A stretch of 64,000 bases of DNA from Octopus sinensis (GCF_006345805.1 NC_043005.1:17112001-17176000); one strand, 5' to 3'; shown: positions 11,473 through 25,779, counted from the stretch's first letter. Numbers and translations are program-made. Notes: generated by a model from the sequence alone, not told the origin.

Positions 11473-11850
11473 CTAGCAGTATCGCCCGGCGTTGCTCAGG
11501 TTTGTAAGGGAAATAACTATATAAGCATTTTTACAGATGTAAAGTATAATAGCCATCTCAATATGGCTAACCACAAAGGGAGGGGGTGTTACTGTAGCTT
11601 TTTACGTTCTGAGATTTAATAATAAATTTTTAGAGGGTTACTTCCCTTATATATGCCAAAAATGCATTAAAAATGGGAAAAAATTGATGGTAAATTTTTT
11701 TTAAATCGTAGACGCGCGCTAATACCCAGAAGGGCTTGATATGAATCACGACTATAAGATACCCGGTTTTGGTTAAACTGCACCGCAAAATGTGGGAGTA
11801 GTTAGGAATCTAAATTGTAGGAGACAGACAGCACACAACCTCTCTTTTAT
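11473..11850 (-). mobile_element. Non-autonomous Helitron-like element
   Basis: 3' end ...gagcaacgccgggcgatactgCTAG|T. Shares termini with 45411-45927; 5' end lost in a microsatellite. Confidence 0.75.
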
Positions 11851-11907
<57 letters not shown>

Positions 11908-12525
11908 TGTATATATTATACATATATATATATATACACACACATGTATATATTATACATACATATATCATCACTTAACTTAGTTTTCTATGCTGGTATG
12001 GGCTGGCCGGTTCCACAGGAAAACTTTACGAATCCCTGCTGTTTGCTTTGGCATGGCTTCTTTGGTTGGATGCCCGTCATGTGTATATATAGATAGATGG
12101 ATAAATATTTAAAAAGTAGAAACGGGGCAGATTTAAGGCTGGCTTCAGGTACCCTTTCTAATACCAGTGTCACAAAAAATCGCAGCCAGTCGGCACTATA
12201 ATAGTTAACAATAAGATATACAGCTTTAAAAACATGGACACCACCAGCCCTCGACACACGTACACAAAGGTAAGTGGACTCCACATGGAGCAGCAGGTAA
12301 TATAAACTCGAACACAATGCAAAAACTCAAGACATAAGGTAGGTAGCCGAGACTATTTAGTCAATGTTACAATCTCTCTAGCATCTAAGAAGACTTACAG
12401 AAGGTGAGATACTTTGAGACCAGTCAAACCCACGCAACCATGTAAAAGCAGGATATGATGGTGATAGTGATATGCACATAGATGTAAACAAATATTGCCC
12501 ACATTCATACTGAGCTATATATATG

Positions 12526-12559
<34 letters not shown>

Positions 12560-12888
12560 AAACAGCGCATAGATGTAGATAAGGCAACAAAGAGCTCTAG
12601 ACACTCAAGCAGTTCATACATAGTCTGATATATAGTTTTTAAATACGGCGTTTACGATCTATACTAATGATATTCTTACAAAACAGGTGTAGAAATACTT
12701 CTGTGAGAAAAACTGGTTAAATAACGTCACCGCAACTGATATAGTTTGAAGGAAGAAACTTGAAATGGTTCTGTCAAGTAAATTAGAAGACCACAAAATA
12801 AATACGCATCAGGCATAGCTATGTGGTTAAGAATTTCGCTTTGCAACCACGTGGTCTTATGTTCAGCCCTACTTTGCATCATCTAGGG

Positions 12889-13162
12889 CAGTGGCTCCCA
12901 AAGTGGGCGGTATTGCCTCTCTGGAGGCAATAGAAAGTTCCAAGGGAGCATTGAAGGAAAGTGGGGCGATAATAAGGGGTAGCGATTCGTGTAAAAACAA
13001 GATAATGGGTTCATTAGGTTAAGTTTTATTTGTGAAACACAGTTGCTTTGAATTTGCTTCAGGAAGAGGTCTGTGTTTGTGATGGTTACTTGGGGTAGGG
13101 ACGCTAGGAATGTGGCCTGGGTGTCAAGGGGGCGGCAGCCCGAAAAAGTTTGGGAACCATTG
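12889..13162 (+). mobile_element. hAT MITE nested in a decayed SINE A head (about 12810-13240)
   Basis: TIR cagtggctcccaaa / tttgggaaccattg. 8 bp TSD atctaggg / atttaggg. Removing it restores a continuous SINE head. Confidence 0.85.
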
Positions 13163-13320
13163 ATTTAGGGTATGTATCTTTTATTATAGCCTTGAGCAGA
13201 CCAATGGCTAGTGAATGAATCTGGTAGACAGCAAATGTGTGGCAGCATGAGAGAGAGAGAGTGAGTGTGTGTATGTGTCTGTATCTTGGTTGGGTCATTA
13301 CACCAATGATAATAAACACA

Positions 13321-13497
13321 CACGTCGGTTCACTATATCACTTCTTTATTGTTGTCAATAGATTGTTTAGTGTGTTGGTTAAACAATCACTTGGTTGATC
13401 ATTTAACCAGCACATTAAACAAATGATCAATTAGTTAGCTGGTTAGATATTTAACCAAATGACTAACAATAAAGAAGTGATATTGAACTAGTACGTG
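13321..13497. mobile_element. Foldback MITE-like element
   Basis: About 33 bp terminal inverted repeat (cacgt...tatcacttctttattgtt / aacaataaagaagtgata...acgtg) plus an internal hairpin. Confidence 0.65.
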
Positions 13498-13576
13498 TAC
13501 TTATTATTATTGGCATACTGATCCTCCCAAGACATGATTTGCTTCGACACACGAATCTCTATATCGAAAATCTGGT

Positions 13577-13796
13577 CCCTTTCGTTACCAACCCGACTGA
13601 AACCGGCTCTGGCTCTGAGTACAAATGTCTTGTTTTCATAAGTTTTGAAGTAAAATCTTTCACCAAACCTTAGTCACAATTTATGTTCCTAACACTAGCT
13701 GAATGCTAACCAAGTTATTTTACTAAATTCTTTGTTATATTTAGAGTAATTGAAAGAAGCACAGAGTATCTCAAAGTAAATACAGTAATGAAAGGG
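13577..13796 (+). mobile_element. piggyBac-type MITE family G
   Basis: ccctttcgttac ... gtaatgaaaggg|TTAA; left TTAA absent. Homologous to the 16326 and 41105 copies. Confidence 0.8.
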
Positions 13797-13816
13797 TTAA
13801 ACCATATACAAAAACG

Positions 13817-13850
<34 letters not shown>

Positions 13851-14877
13851 ACTCACACAATCATCATTGCCATTGTCATTATAATGTCCCCTTTTGCATG
13901 TTTGTACGAGTCAAATGAAACTTGAGGCAAAGCTCTCTATTGCCGGATGCTCTTTCTGTCAACAACCCTCAAATGTTTCTAAACAAGGGAATAATATTTC
14001 CTCTGGTCCTTCCAACAAGAAGCAGAGCAATAGATGAACATGTTCCTGAGGAAGAGTTGTGAAAAAATTGACACTGGTTGTACGAGCATTTGCTTCTTGT
14101 AAGAGAGCACGAATATCAAGGCATAGGAAACACACAGAGCACTTTTTTCTTTGCTCAGGAGACAGACAGAATTTGTAGAAGAAGAATTTTTAGGAGCTGG
14201 AATTTGAGTTGGAAGCCCTTCTCGTTATCAACCCTTACCAGTTTGCAAACAAAATAATATTTCCCACGACCTGTCGTGTTTTCATTCATGGAAGATTAGA
14301 AATGAACAACATTGTTTGTATGACGGTGAAGCTCACCTACGACCATCATGCAATATCAAGAAAGGGAGACAGGCTTCATTGAGTTTCCGTGTATCAAATC
14401 CATTCACAAGGATTTGGTTGACCTGGGGCTATAGTAAAAAAATAAAACCTTGCCTAAGGTGCCACACAATGAAACTGAACCCAAGACCACATGGTTGGAA
14501 AGCAAGCTTCTTAACCACCCAGCCAAGGCTAGGCGCAGTTACATGTTTTCTGATAAAAAAAAAGAAACATGGGTGTTTGTAGAAATGGTCAGTGGTAAGA
14601 GAATGTGGTGGATAAAAACGAGACTTGAAGGGGAGGAATTGATGGCTGCATTGCAGAGGGGGAGACGGAATGCAGCATTACAAGGAAGGATGCACATATG
14701 CACACGTACACGTGCACATATCATACACACCTATGTAGACATCCTGATATCTCATAAACAGCTAACAGTCAAATAATGCACTCATTAATTAAATAGGGCG
14801 TGGTTTGAGGGAGATTTTGCTCCTATTTCTTAAAATAAAATATACGAATTTCAACATCTGTGAGATGTTGAAAGATA

Positions 14878-14961
<84 letters not shown>

Positions 14962-15047
14962 TATATATGAGAGAGAGAGAGAGGTGTTTCATTTTCTAGT
15001 TTCCGAATACAAAACAGATATGTACCTCAAGACAGTTTAAATTTGTA

Positions 15048-15121
<74 letters not shown>

Positions 15122-15439
15122 AAGAGAAAGAGAGAGATAACTGCTGTCTATTTTAATTTTATATATATGCACACACAAGCACACATAGACTAATGTGTAC
15201 ACACACACATCAAATAAAGCCAAACTGTGGGTGAAATAAAAAAAGCAAACAGATTCCTTTTATGCTTTTGATGTGCAGAAAATGAAGAGAGATGTGTGTA
15301 TATATCTCTGTGTATGTCTTAATCTATCATTTTTGAGCATGTTTAACAATAACTTCTGGTAAAGATGAGTAGACTCAATACTGAATATAGAGTCAAATTT
15401 ATTAAAAATTTCATTTCAACAAAGACCTTAAGTTTTGCC

Positions 15440-16130
15440 TAACAGCATATTCGACCACTCTCGTCACCCAGATTTTCTCTTAGTTACATTATTCTTTGAA
15501 GCTCCTTTTCTCCTAACTTTTCCTGAAATATATTTCAACTTTTATGGCTCCAAGTACATTACTAGTCTTCCACCGTTTGTCTGGCTGGAACCTTCCACAG
15601 ACCTCAAAGAATCAGTAAATTCTATTTGTAGAGACTTCCACTTGTCCTCTATGTTATTGATTCCTCTCTTCCTTCTTTTTCTCACTCATGTTGAGAATCA
15701 TTCTGAACATATTTTTAAGAGAAATATATTTTAGTTTCTACACCTTCCTTCTTCATTATGTTGTTTTCTCTTTCTCTCTCTCTCTCTCTCTCTCAGTCTG
15801 GCTAGCTCTTAATCAAAAGTCACTAATGAGTTGCTTACGATGTTAGATGGGTGGTACACTCTTCAATGTGGGGGAGAAGACTTACTATTCACAACCATTA
15901 GACTATCCAGATTTCTCATGGGAATGAAGTCTATCTGGCTTGCATGTTTGCCTCATTGAAAGGTAATTAAGTGGTTGGTTGGTTTCCTAAAGTTTGCATT
16001 GCAAATTGTTTGTTCATTTGCATCAGAGAACTCCAGAAGCTTTGATTCCCCCCCCCCCATTCCTAGAGCCGTATCCATAGCCACCAGAGAAGCCATCATA
16101 TGATGCCCTGCAAGTCCATTATTATTCGAG
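15440..16130 (-). mobile_element. Decayed RTE LINE fragment (AP endonuclease and linker)
   Basis: GGYGYGSRNG...KLLEFSDANEQTICNANFRKPTNHLITFQ*GKHASQIDFI, then NNIEDKWKSL and EVCGR in the expected order. Confidence 0.75.
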
Positions 16131-16325
16131 ATAATGATGCCATTGTCACTTATAATTGAAGTTGGTTGCAAAAATAGGACTGGCTGTTGTGCACGAGTAG
16201 AGAAAATAGTCACTGTTGATTTACTTACAACAAATCTAAACTTAATCATTCTGTTGCATATTCATGGCTATTCTCATTATTTTATCTATTGATTTCTCTG
16301 CCACCGGTATGCCTGTTCCATTTAA

Positions 16326-16840
16326 CCCTTTCCCGACTCATGGCCGATGCCAGCACCGCCTCGACTGGCTTCCGTGCCGGTGGCACATAAAATACACCAA
16401 TCCGACCGTGGCCGTTGCCAGGCTCGCCTGGCACCTGTGCAGGTGGCACGTAAAAAGCACCCACTACACTCACGGAGTGGTTGGCGTTAGGAAGGGCATC
16501 CAGCTGTAGAAACATTGCTAGATAAGACTGGAGCCTGGTGCAGCCTCTGGCTTCCCAGATCCCCGGTCGAACCGTCCAACCCATGCTAGCATGGAGAACG
16601 GACGTTAAACGATGATGATGATGATGATTACCAACCTGGCTGAAACCGGCTCTGGCTCTGTAGTACTAATGTCTTATTTTCATAAGTTTTGAATTAAAAT
16701 ATTCCACCAAACCTTAGTTACAATTTATGTTCCTAACATTAGCTGAATGATAACTAAGTTATTTTACTAAATTCTTTGTTATATTTAAAGTAATTGAAAG
16801 AAACACAGAACATCTCAAAATAAATCCAGTAATGAAAGGG
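16326..16840 (+). mobile_element. piggyBac-type MITE G with a SINE C inserted in its left TIR
   Basis: TTAA at 16322-16325 and 16841-16844. ccctttc, then SINE C 16333-16627, then taccaacc...aatgaaaggg. Confidence 0.85.
16333..16627 (+). mobile_element. SINE/retroposon family C with (GAT)n tail
   Basis: gtggttggcgttaggaagggcatccagctgtagaaac core. Other copies at about 24255(+), 30031(-), 33230(+), 35116(-), 39856(+), 43018(-), 57427(-), 63290(+). Confidence 0.85.
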
Positions 16841-17044
16841 TTAAACAAGTATTGTTACCTTACCCAGCAGAATTCATACCTGTGTTCTTTGCCTGTTAAA
16901 ACTCTTGCTGAAGTTCTCCCCTATCTTGTCTCAAGAATGCAGCACACATATTCCTGCTTTCATTCCAACATCTCTACAATCTCAACATCTCAGTACATCT
17001 ACCTATCCCTGATAGTTAGTTATATCCTGCTTACGCTAAGTCTT

Positions 17045-17335
17045 ATTCAGTGAGCTCACTTCAGGCAAGAGACCACGGGATTGCCCTCTTCGAAGATACT
17101 GAAAGCCACTGGACTCGAGCCTAAATGTTTGAGCCACAAGCCTGAGACTATACCAAGTGGCAGTGTTCCATCACAATCGGAACCAAAAACTTCAAAGCCA
17201 ACAGAAGAGACAAGAGAGAAAGGTTCAACAAAATTACCCCCGTCCTCCACCAACATTGCCATGCAGTCAATGCCATCATCTCTTCTCTGCAAGAATTGGT
17301 CGAAAGAGCCATCAATGGCATCACCATAAAGGAAG
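17045..17335 (+). mobile_element. RTE (BovB-like) LINE 3' ORF remnant
   Basis: ELTSGKRPRDCPLRRY and PTLPCSQCHHLFSARIGRKSHQWHH (C-terminal CxxC...H finger of RTE elements). Confidence 0.75.
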
Positions 17336-18663
17336 CGTTCAGCAAAGATGAATCTAAACTCTCGGATATAAGATAAATCTGCTGCCGCCAACTATGCTAG
17401 TCATTCGGTTATAATATCTCCATGAATCACCCAATGTTTTTGTTATCTAATGACTTTATCAGATGGACCTGCTGCTTCTCGTGTCTTCATAACCTTCGTA
17501 AGCCCATGTATCACTGTGGAATTTCTCTTGAGCAAACTTCATTCACAAGGCATTGGTCAACTCAAGGCTGTAGTGGAAGACGCTTAACCAAAGTGCTGCC
17601 TTGTAGTAGGATTGGATACAGAACTGTGAGACAGCGAAATGAACTTCCAAACAGACAAACATGCTAATACACACACACACACACTAATATGCATGCCTGT
17701 ATATATGAATATACATGCATGTATATACAAAAGTTCTTGAATCAAAGATCAAGAAGACCAACACTCCAAAATGAATTCAGTATAAGTAAAAGAGAACCGC
17801 AGAGCAAATAATTACATTTGCTAAAACATTAAATCTGTAAAATATATGTGTGTGTGTGTGTGTGTGTATGCATGTATACACATACTTGCGTGAGTATAAA
17901 TATACACACACCACACGTGTGTATGTATGCACACACATACACACACGCACCCATGTGCACACACACACGTACACTCACACACATCACTAAGTTGCACCAA
18001 GTTAATAATATTTGTCATTCAATGTTAGGGTGGAGTCGTGTTAAGAGACGAAATATGAAGCGAAAACCATCTGGAATTTATTAGGGAAGAATGGAAAACA
18101 GGTCCAGTCAGCAATTTGTGAGGTGCTGCACTCTTTGGTGATCAGCAGCAAACGGCTGCAGTAGAAGGATGAATATGAGATAGATTCCATATTGTGGCTG
18201 CTGTTTAGCCCATGGTCAGCTCTCATTCAGCAGAACCATATGGAAACATGTTCCTGCCATGACCATCTTGTAATTTTGTACATTTAAAACTAAATTTAAA
18301 ACTAAGTTGTCTCATGTCTGTTTTGTTTTTCTTTTGTTTTTGTTGTTAATTAGTAGAATGTGATTTGAGAGGGACTCTGTCACTCTTTCTAGGAGGTCGA
18401 ATAATAATGTAAAAAAAACCTCCTTGTTGATATAAATGTATCTACAACTATATGATTCAATGTGTCCTTTTTTTGTTTGTTTTTCAAGGCAGTATGATAA
18501 GATTTAAAGGAGATACAGCTGCATTTTACACCTCTTATAACAGCTGAAGAGGTTATATGACCTGCTAGAAACAGCAGCTAAGCTGCTCTTCAATCACATC
18601 CTACTGACTATAAAAACAAAGACATACTGAATAATACCTGGCTATCCAGTCAGAGGCCTAATA

Positions 18664-18707
<44 letters not shown>

Positions 18708-18719
18708 TTGTTATTATTA

Positions 18720-19010
18720 TTGTTTTTTGTATTTATATTCGTGTGGCATCGTCCGTTTTTCTGTCCTTGTTTCGTATACATTCGATCCTTTTTCCAAGAA
18801 ATCTAATGCTTGTAGCTTAGTTTTTCCTTGGGGCTGGCCGGATCGGAGCGATCTCGGGATTGGTCAGCCGAGGTTGCGAGGATGGTCCGGTTCTTGACTG
18901 AAGGTTGGAGGCTTCGAGTGATCCGTTCGTTTTTTTTTGTGCCGTCTATTTGAATGTTTTGTGTTCTTGTCCCATTTTGTATTTTTATATATATTTTTTA
19001 TACATATATA
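18720..19010 (+). mobile_element. Probable Penelope-like terminal remnant
   Basis: Shares gttttgtgttcttgtcccatttt(t)gtattt with 46280-46320; CpG-rich relative to flanks. Confidence 0.4.
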
Positions 19011-19342
19011 TAAAACCAAGAAAGAGAGAGCAAATTTCAAAGGTCAGTGTTCATATTCACTCAATATATTTCAAAGTGTTGGAATACTTCACAGCATACA
19101 TAGGTGCATTCATATACGCAAGATATAATATAAAAATATATATAAATATGTAAATACATAAATATACTTGCGAGGTTGTATGCCTGTATTAAAATCAATG
19201 AGGATATTAAAATATGCAGATGGTGAATGCAAATAGCTACGAATGTTGGCATAAAATGATTTTAAAAAGAATCTTGGGCAGGTGCAAAGTCTGATGGCTG
19301 TTATATACTGTATATATATATATATATATATATACACAGATA

Positions 19343-19738
19343 TATGGCTGTGTAGTAAGAAGTCTGCTTCCCCACGACATGGTTCTGGGTTCATTCCCAC
19401 TGCATGGCACCTTGGGCAAGTGTCTTCTACAATCGTCTTGAACAAACAAAAGCCTTGTGAGTAGATTTGGTAGATGGGAAACTGAAGGAAGCTTGATGTA
19501 TATATGTATGTGTATCTTTGTGTTTGTCCAACACCCTCCACCACCACCACTTGAAAACCGGTGCTCGTGTGCTTACGCCCCCATAACTTAGCAGTTTGGT
19601 CAAAGAGACCAATAGAATAAGTACCAGGCTTAGCAACAAAAAAAAAAAAAAAAAGGTACTGGGGTTAATTCATTTGACTAAAATTCCTCAAAGTGGTGCT
19701 CCAGCATGGTTGCAATCTAATGATTAGAACAAGCAAAA
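19343..19738 (+). mobile_element. SINE family A (diverged)
   Basis: Head, internal microsatellite and tail recognisable. Confidence 0.8.
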
Positions 19739-20036
19739 AACACATATGTACAGAAGCACATAAGAATCTCTTAACATTCATAAAAAACATTCCCCATATC
19801 TAATCTAAACTTAAGTTCACATAAAACCTGAATGCCTGCCCCCTCCAATGTCAACTGTCATTTTACAGACCGCAGCTGTCAGTATCTATGTAATGGATGG
19901 GCTATTAGTATAATTATTCTAAGACACATTCTTCACATGAATGGGTTAACAATTACACAGGCCACAAATGTTCATAACATTGTTTAATGCTTGCTTCTTC
20001 ATAAAGTATTTTCCTGTAATCTTGGATAACAATAAT

Positions 20037-20693
20037 CTTTTCTACTCTAGGCATAAGGCCCGAAATTTTTGGGGAGGTGGGGGAGGGGGCAGTCGATTAG
20101 ATCGACCCCAGTATGCAACTGGTACTTAATTTATTGACCCCTGAAAGGATGAAAGGCAAAGTCGACCTTGGCAGAATTTGAACGCAGAACATAAAGACAG
20201 ATGAAATACCACTAAGCATTTCGCCTGGCGTGCTAACGATTCTGCCAGCTTGCCACCTAAAATTATCTATTATATTATTTTTTTACTCTAGGCACAAGGC
20301 CCGAAATGTTTTGAGGAAGGGGCCAGTCGATTAGATTGACCCCAGTATGCAACTGGGACTTAATTTATTGACCCTGAAAGGATGAAAGGCATAGTCGACC
20401 TTGGCAGAATTTAAACTCAGAATGTAAAGACAGACAAAATACTGCTATTCGCCAGGCCGCCTAAAATTATCAATTATATTCTTTTTTACTCTAGGCATAA
20501 GGCCCGAAATGTTTGGGGAAGGGGCCAGTCAATTAGATCAACCATAGTACACAACTAGAATTTAATTTATCGACCCCGAAGGGATGAAAGACAAAGTCAT
20601 CCATGGGAGAATTTGAACTCAGAACCTAAAGACAGACGAAATACTGCTAAGCATTTCGCCCGGCTGCTAACATTTCTGCCAGCTTGCCGCCTT
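20037..20693 (-). mobile_element. Tandem trimer of SINE B inside a single 17 bp TSD
   Basis: Units at about 20037-20258, 20277-20462 and 20479-20693. TSD tcttggataacaataat at 20020-20036 and 20694-20710. Confidence 0.9.
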
Positions 20694-21019
20694 TCTTGGA
20701 TAACAATAATGATGTAACACTAGTATGAAGTACAAATGCTTAGTATACTTAAACTTCCAGTAAACTCTGTTATCGTTCTGTTAGTTCTTTCACAGATAAA
20801 ATCCTGTCGGTAACACTGTACAGCATAAAGTTATTAATTTAACTGTTTAAAAAGTAAACTCTGCTCACAATCAATGTATTAATCCTATCGGTGCAGAGCT
20901 GATGGTAGCACACAGCAATGGCTTAACAGAACTAGTCTCACAGTAAACCCTGATATTGTATTAGCCCTTTCAAAGTTCATTGTTGTTGGTAATACTGTAT
21001 AAACATTATTATTATTAAT

Positions 21020-21215
21020 AAGGTGGTGAGCTGGCAGAAACATTAGCACACCGGGCAAAATGCTTAGCAGTATTTCATCTGCTGAGGTCGACTTACCTTT
21101 CATCATATCAGGGTCGATGAATTAAGTACCAGTTGAACACTGGGGTTGATATAATCAACTCATCCCCTCTCCTAAAACTGCTGCCCTTGTGGCAAAATTT
21201 GAAAGCATTATTATT
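21020..21215 (+). mobile_element. SINE family B with (ATT)n tail
   Basis: aaggtggtgagctggcagaaac head, internally deleted. Confidence 0.8.
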
Positions 21216-21896
21216 ATTATTAGTAGTAGTAGTAGTATTACCATCATCATTATTATTATGAAAAGGTTAAGACTTTTCACAGACCACACTATTCTTACAA
21301 AAAAACCTTGAAACCCTTGTTTATCATCGGTGTGTTTTTCCTTCCACATCTTAGCAATATTGCAATTCTAACAGTAGCATTTATTCTCATCAATCTGTGG
21401 ACCCTTTCACACCAATGCAGTAAATAACTTAACTCTATCTCTTCATAATTGTACACACAAGTCCTACCCAAATCACACTCCATTTACCTCCCTTGTCAGC
21501 TCTTCACTCAAAGCCATTCAGTAACTCAATGACTTGGGTTTTTTTTTCTTTCTTTCTTATATATATTAAAAGGGTTGACTTGACTTAAAGATATGTTTCC
21601 CCAGGCTTATTCAAACAATGAGCAAACACAGAGTTAGTATTTTACCGGAAACTTTCAGTGAAAGGCATGGAGGTTGGAGGGAGCTTTTACTTATGTGAAA
21701 TAGGGTCACTACATTTGGCTTGCCGTTAGATAATGATATCAAATTAAACTTTTAATTCATGGAACTGAAACAGTCTAAATAGCAAAAACAAACAAACAAA
21801 CAAAACAATATTCTATAAATAGCGACGAATGACCAATGAAACAACAGTAGCTATTATAAAGAAAATGGGGTTATATTTATATTTGAAATAAACGTC

Positions 21897-21928
<32 letters not shown>

Positions 21929-22569
21929 CAGATATGTACACACATATGTTGAAACTCAATGGTCAATGAAAGCTGGAAAGAGGAAACAGATAACTGTGTT
22001 GGGTGGAGGATTATAAGAGGGTTTAAATGAGTGGGTGTTTGTGTGAGCTGATTAGTACTTGAACGAGTGTGAATATTTGTGGGCGGAAAGGGTTCTGCAG
22101 AATTAAATTCTCAACATTTTGAGATGACTATGGATGAAGTAATGGAGATTGGTAAATTATTTTTTTTTTTGTCATAAAATAAAATTAGGTTAAAAAGACA
22201 AAAAAAGTAAAACTGAAAATTAGAGTTTTAAGAGCAAAATGTTCGGATGACGCTATAGACTCTCAAACAATATGAAAGCTAAATCAGAATACAGTTTAAT
22301 GTAGCAATTCACCTCTGCATACAAATGCATGAATGCACATGTGCACACACACACACACACACCACACACACACACACACGTAGATATCTTTTACTGGTTT
22401 CATTCATTGAATTGTAGCTAGTGTAGTCATGATGGGTATACTGGGCTTCATATATTTTACCCTAGTGTCACTTTGATGGCATGCACTGCTCTCTCACTCA
22501 ATAATAATAATAATAATAATAATAATAAGGCAGAGGAGGAGAAAAAGATTGGAAGTGTTATCATGTACA

Positions 22570-23071
22570 TGTTTTGTTTTGGTTTAAAAGATGGGCTACA
22601 GCAAATATTCTGCTCAATACCACAGATTTGCTTGTCAGTTGTTTGACCATAAGCAGTTGAGCATGTCCCTTAGTGGCTGATGATATGTGCATCTCTGATC
22701 ATGAGCAGAAGTAGTGGGGGAGCAAAGAATCCCTCTCAACACACGGCTGTGTTGAGAGGGATTCTTTGGGGTTTGAATAATTCACCCCTGGAAACATGGG
22801 TGTTTCGTTCATCCTTAAACATCCTTAAACAACTCTTATTCAGGGACCTTTTGAGTGGGATGGGTTACTCGACCAGAAGAAGATTCTAACTAGGCCCCAC
22901 CTGCAAGATCATGTGCTGTTTATCTTCATATGAGATCACCATGTCGCGCACATATGGTTGTGATGCATATGCCTAGTGTACCCTTATCAGATGGGTACTC
23001 ATGATGGGTATACTGGGCTTCATATATTTTACCCCAGTGTCACTTTGATGGCATGCACTGCTCTCTTACTC

Positions 23072-23129
<58 letters not shown>

Positions 23130-23145
23130 GTAATAATAACAATAA
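22570..23145 (+). mobile_element. Retroposon 3' end (family J) with (AAT)n tail; tail duplicated at 22425-22527
   Basis: Both end in ...gtgtcactttgatggcatgcactgctctc(t)cactc(aat)n. Confidence 0.65.
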
Positions 23146-23704
23146 TAGAAAAATTTGTATACAGAAAAACACTTTGTAATGGAGTAAAAAATGTATTAGA
23201 GAATGACTTTACTTTGAAAAAGATTCATAAATAACTAAATAATATGCAATGATATCTCCTATACATTAGGATAAATGTTACAGTGTTACACAGATATTGT
23301 TAAAGAGAATGAGATTTACATATAATTGAATAATAATACATTTCAGTGTATACATTTCCATCAGTAATGATGGCACATGATTTAACTGGTTTGTATGTAC
23401 ATCACATGTGTTTACATAACTCTTTTTTTTTTTTTTTTACAAATGTAATAGATATAATTAAACTTATATTGTAGCTAAATGAGTATAAATATTTGAACAT
23501 CAATGAAATGTTTTAAAACAGCTTTCTAGCTAGCATTGGCAACAGGATATTTGACTAAGATATGTTTAAATAAAATATATATATAAATATTTTTTTAAAT
23601 ATTTTAACCTTAGACAATAACAGTACATAAAGGACATTTAAATACATACAAATACTGAGTTCATGTAAATATATATATAAATGAGTACAGTAATATATAA
23701 AAAA

Positions 23705-23952
23705 TGCGTCCTTTTAAAGCCTAGCCAGGCTCATGGGCCTGGTTTCCTGGTTTCAATTGCGTACGTGTTCTGCAGCTGGACGGGACGCCAGTCCATCACA
23801 GCGTTACTCATTTTTGCCAGCTGAGTGGACTGGAGTAACGTGAAATGAAGTGTTTTGCTCAAGAACACAATGCGTTGCTCGGTCCAGGAATTGAAACCAC
23901 AATCTTATGATCATGATGCTGAAACCCTAACCACTAAGACACGCGCCTCCAC
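23705..23952 (-). mobile_element. SINE family F (tRNA head; central domain shared with family E)
   Basis: Minus strand gtggaggcgcgtgtcttagtggttagggt...gttcttgagcaaaacacttcatttcacg. Confidence 0.75.
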
Positions 23953-24460
23953 AAAATAAAATATAAAGTGTGGCTAAAGTGCTTAGGATTTAGTGCTGTG
24001 TGATAGGAAGATTGTTGATGTGTGAAATTAATAGGTTTAAATATTTCAGGATTCTAAATGTCCAATGTCTGAAAAATGACATCAAATCAAGATGCTTTTT
24101 GTTTTGAAAATAGGATTTTATAAAAGTCTGTAATACAGCACTGCCATGTTTTTGTTATATTGGTTTGATTTTTTTTTTTTTTTTGGTTGATGCCAAATGC
24201 TGGCTGACTGGTCCTATGTTGGTGGCACCATTCAAGCTTTATCATTTCCAGGGCCGCCTGACTGGCCCCTGTGCCTGAGGCATGTAAAAAGCACCCACTA
24301 CACTCTTGGAGTGGTTGGCTTTAAGGAGGGCATCCAGCTGTAGAAACATTGCCAGATCGGATTGGAGTCTGGTGCAGCCACCTGGTTTGCTGCCTTCAGT
24401 TAAATCGTCCAACCCATGCCAGCATGGAGAGCAGACATTAAACGATAATGATGAGGATAT

Positions 24461-24504
<44 letters not shown>

Positions 24505-24582
24505 TATAGATACATACATATATATATATACACATACATACACACACATATATATATATGCATACACACACATATAAGCATT

Positions 24583-24629
<47 letters not shown>

Positions 24630-25417
24630 TATATATAATATATATATATATACATACACACACATATATTCATTCGTTTATTTCTTTCAGGCATTTGAAT
24701 GTGGCCATGCTGGAGCACTGCCTCTAGTTAAACAATTCGACCCAGGACTTATTCTTTGTAAGCCTAGTACTCATCCTACTGGTCTCTTTTGCCGAACTGC
24801 TAAATTATAGGGACATAAATATGCCAACACTGGCTGTCAAGTGATGGAGTAATCAAAAAATGGTTGGGCGCTAACTAAAGAACTTAATCTACTTCTTCAG
24901 TTAGTATTTTCTCCTGTGAATTTCTAAACACAACACTTTATTCCATAATGCTGTCACTAAGCAAGCTCTGACAAGATCCGTTATCAGATAATCTTGAGAC
25001 CTTCTTGTTACCTGTCACAGACTGGCATCTTATCCAGCATGAGATTTATGTCCATCCATTCCATGGCATGAAATCAAGGTCAAACCCCTGTAAATGTTCC
25101 AACATCTTTGGAGACATTAAGTTCAACTCGTAAGTACATCTTCTATGAGTTGTGGGTAGGAATGAGAAAGTATATATACTGGACATATAGACATCATTTT
25201 ATGTCTGCTTTCTATGGTGGCATGGGTTAGGAGATCACTGCAGTTTACATTAATTCTTATACGGAGCTACTGCTCTCAAACATGGGTTGAAGGACCATGT
25301 TTCTCTTATGTTTCATTTAGCGTTGCTTCTATGGAAACCATGCCAAATCATCTGGAATGGTTTCTATGGTTGGATATCATTCCTAACACAAACTAATTTA
25401 TACTATCACTCGACTAT

Positions 25418-25779
25418 GTCGGTCATGAATGACCATGGGTGCACCTAAGAGGTCCCCCCCCCCGGGGGTACAAGTCTGGGCAGAAAATTGCCTCACCGGC
25501 GAATGCACAACGTAGGGTTATTTTTATGGAAGACCAACAGTCACCCATGCATACCAGCTTCCCCTCTCTACACCACTGGTGTTATCCAAGGGAAAGGCAA
25601 AGGTCGATACAGCTTGGCACCAGTGACGTCACAGCTCATTTCTACAGCTGAGTGAACTGGAGCAACATGACATAAAGGGTCTTGCTCAAGAACACAACAT
25701 GCAGCCCGGTCCAGGAATCGAACTCACAACCTCACAATTGCAAGCTCAATGCTCTAACCACTGAGCCATGCACCTTCAC
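25418..25779 (-). mobile_element. SINE family E
   Basis: Homologous to 7921-8232. Confidence 0.85.

Noticed and set aside
25021-25129. Plus-strand exon candidate (WHLIQHEIYVHPFHG...) with good splice sites
   Set aside because: No recognisable homology and no supported partner exons; such sites arise by chance in 64 kb.
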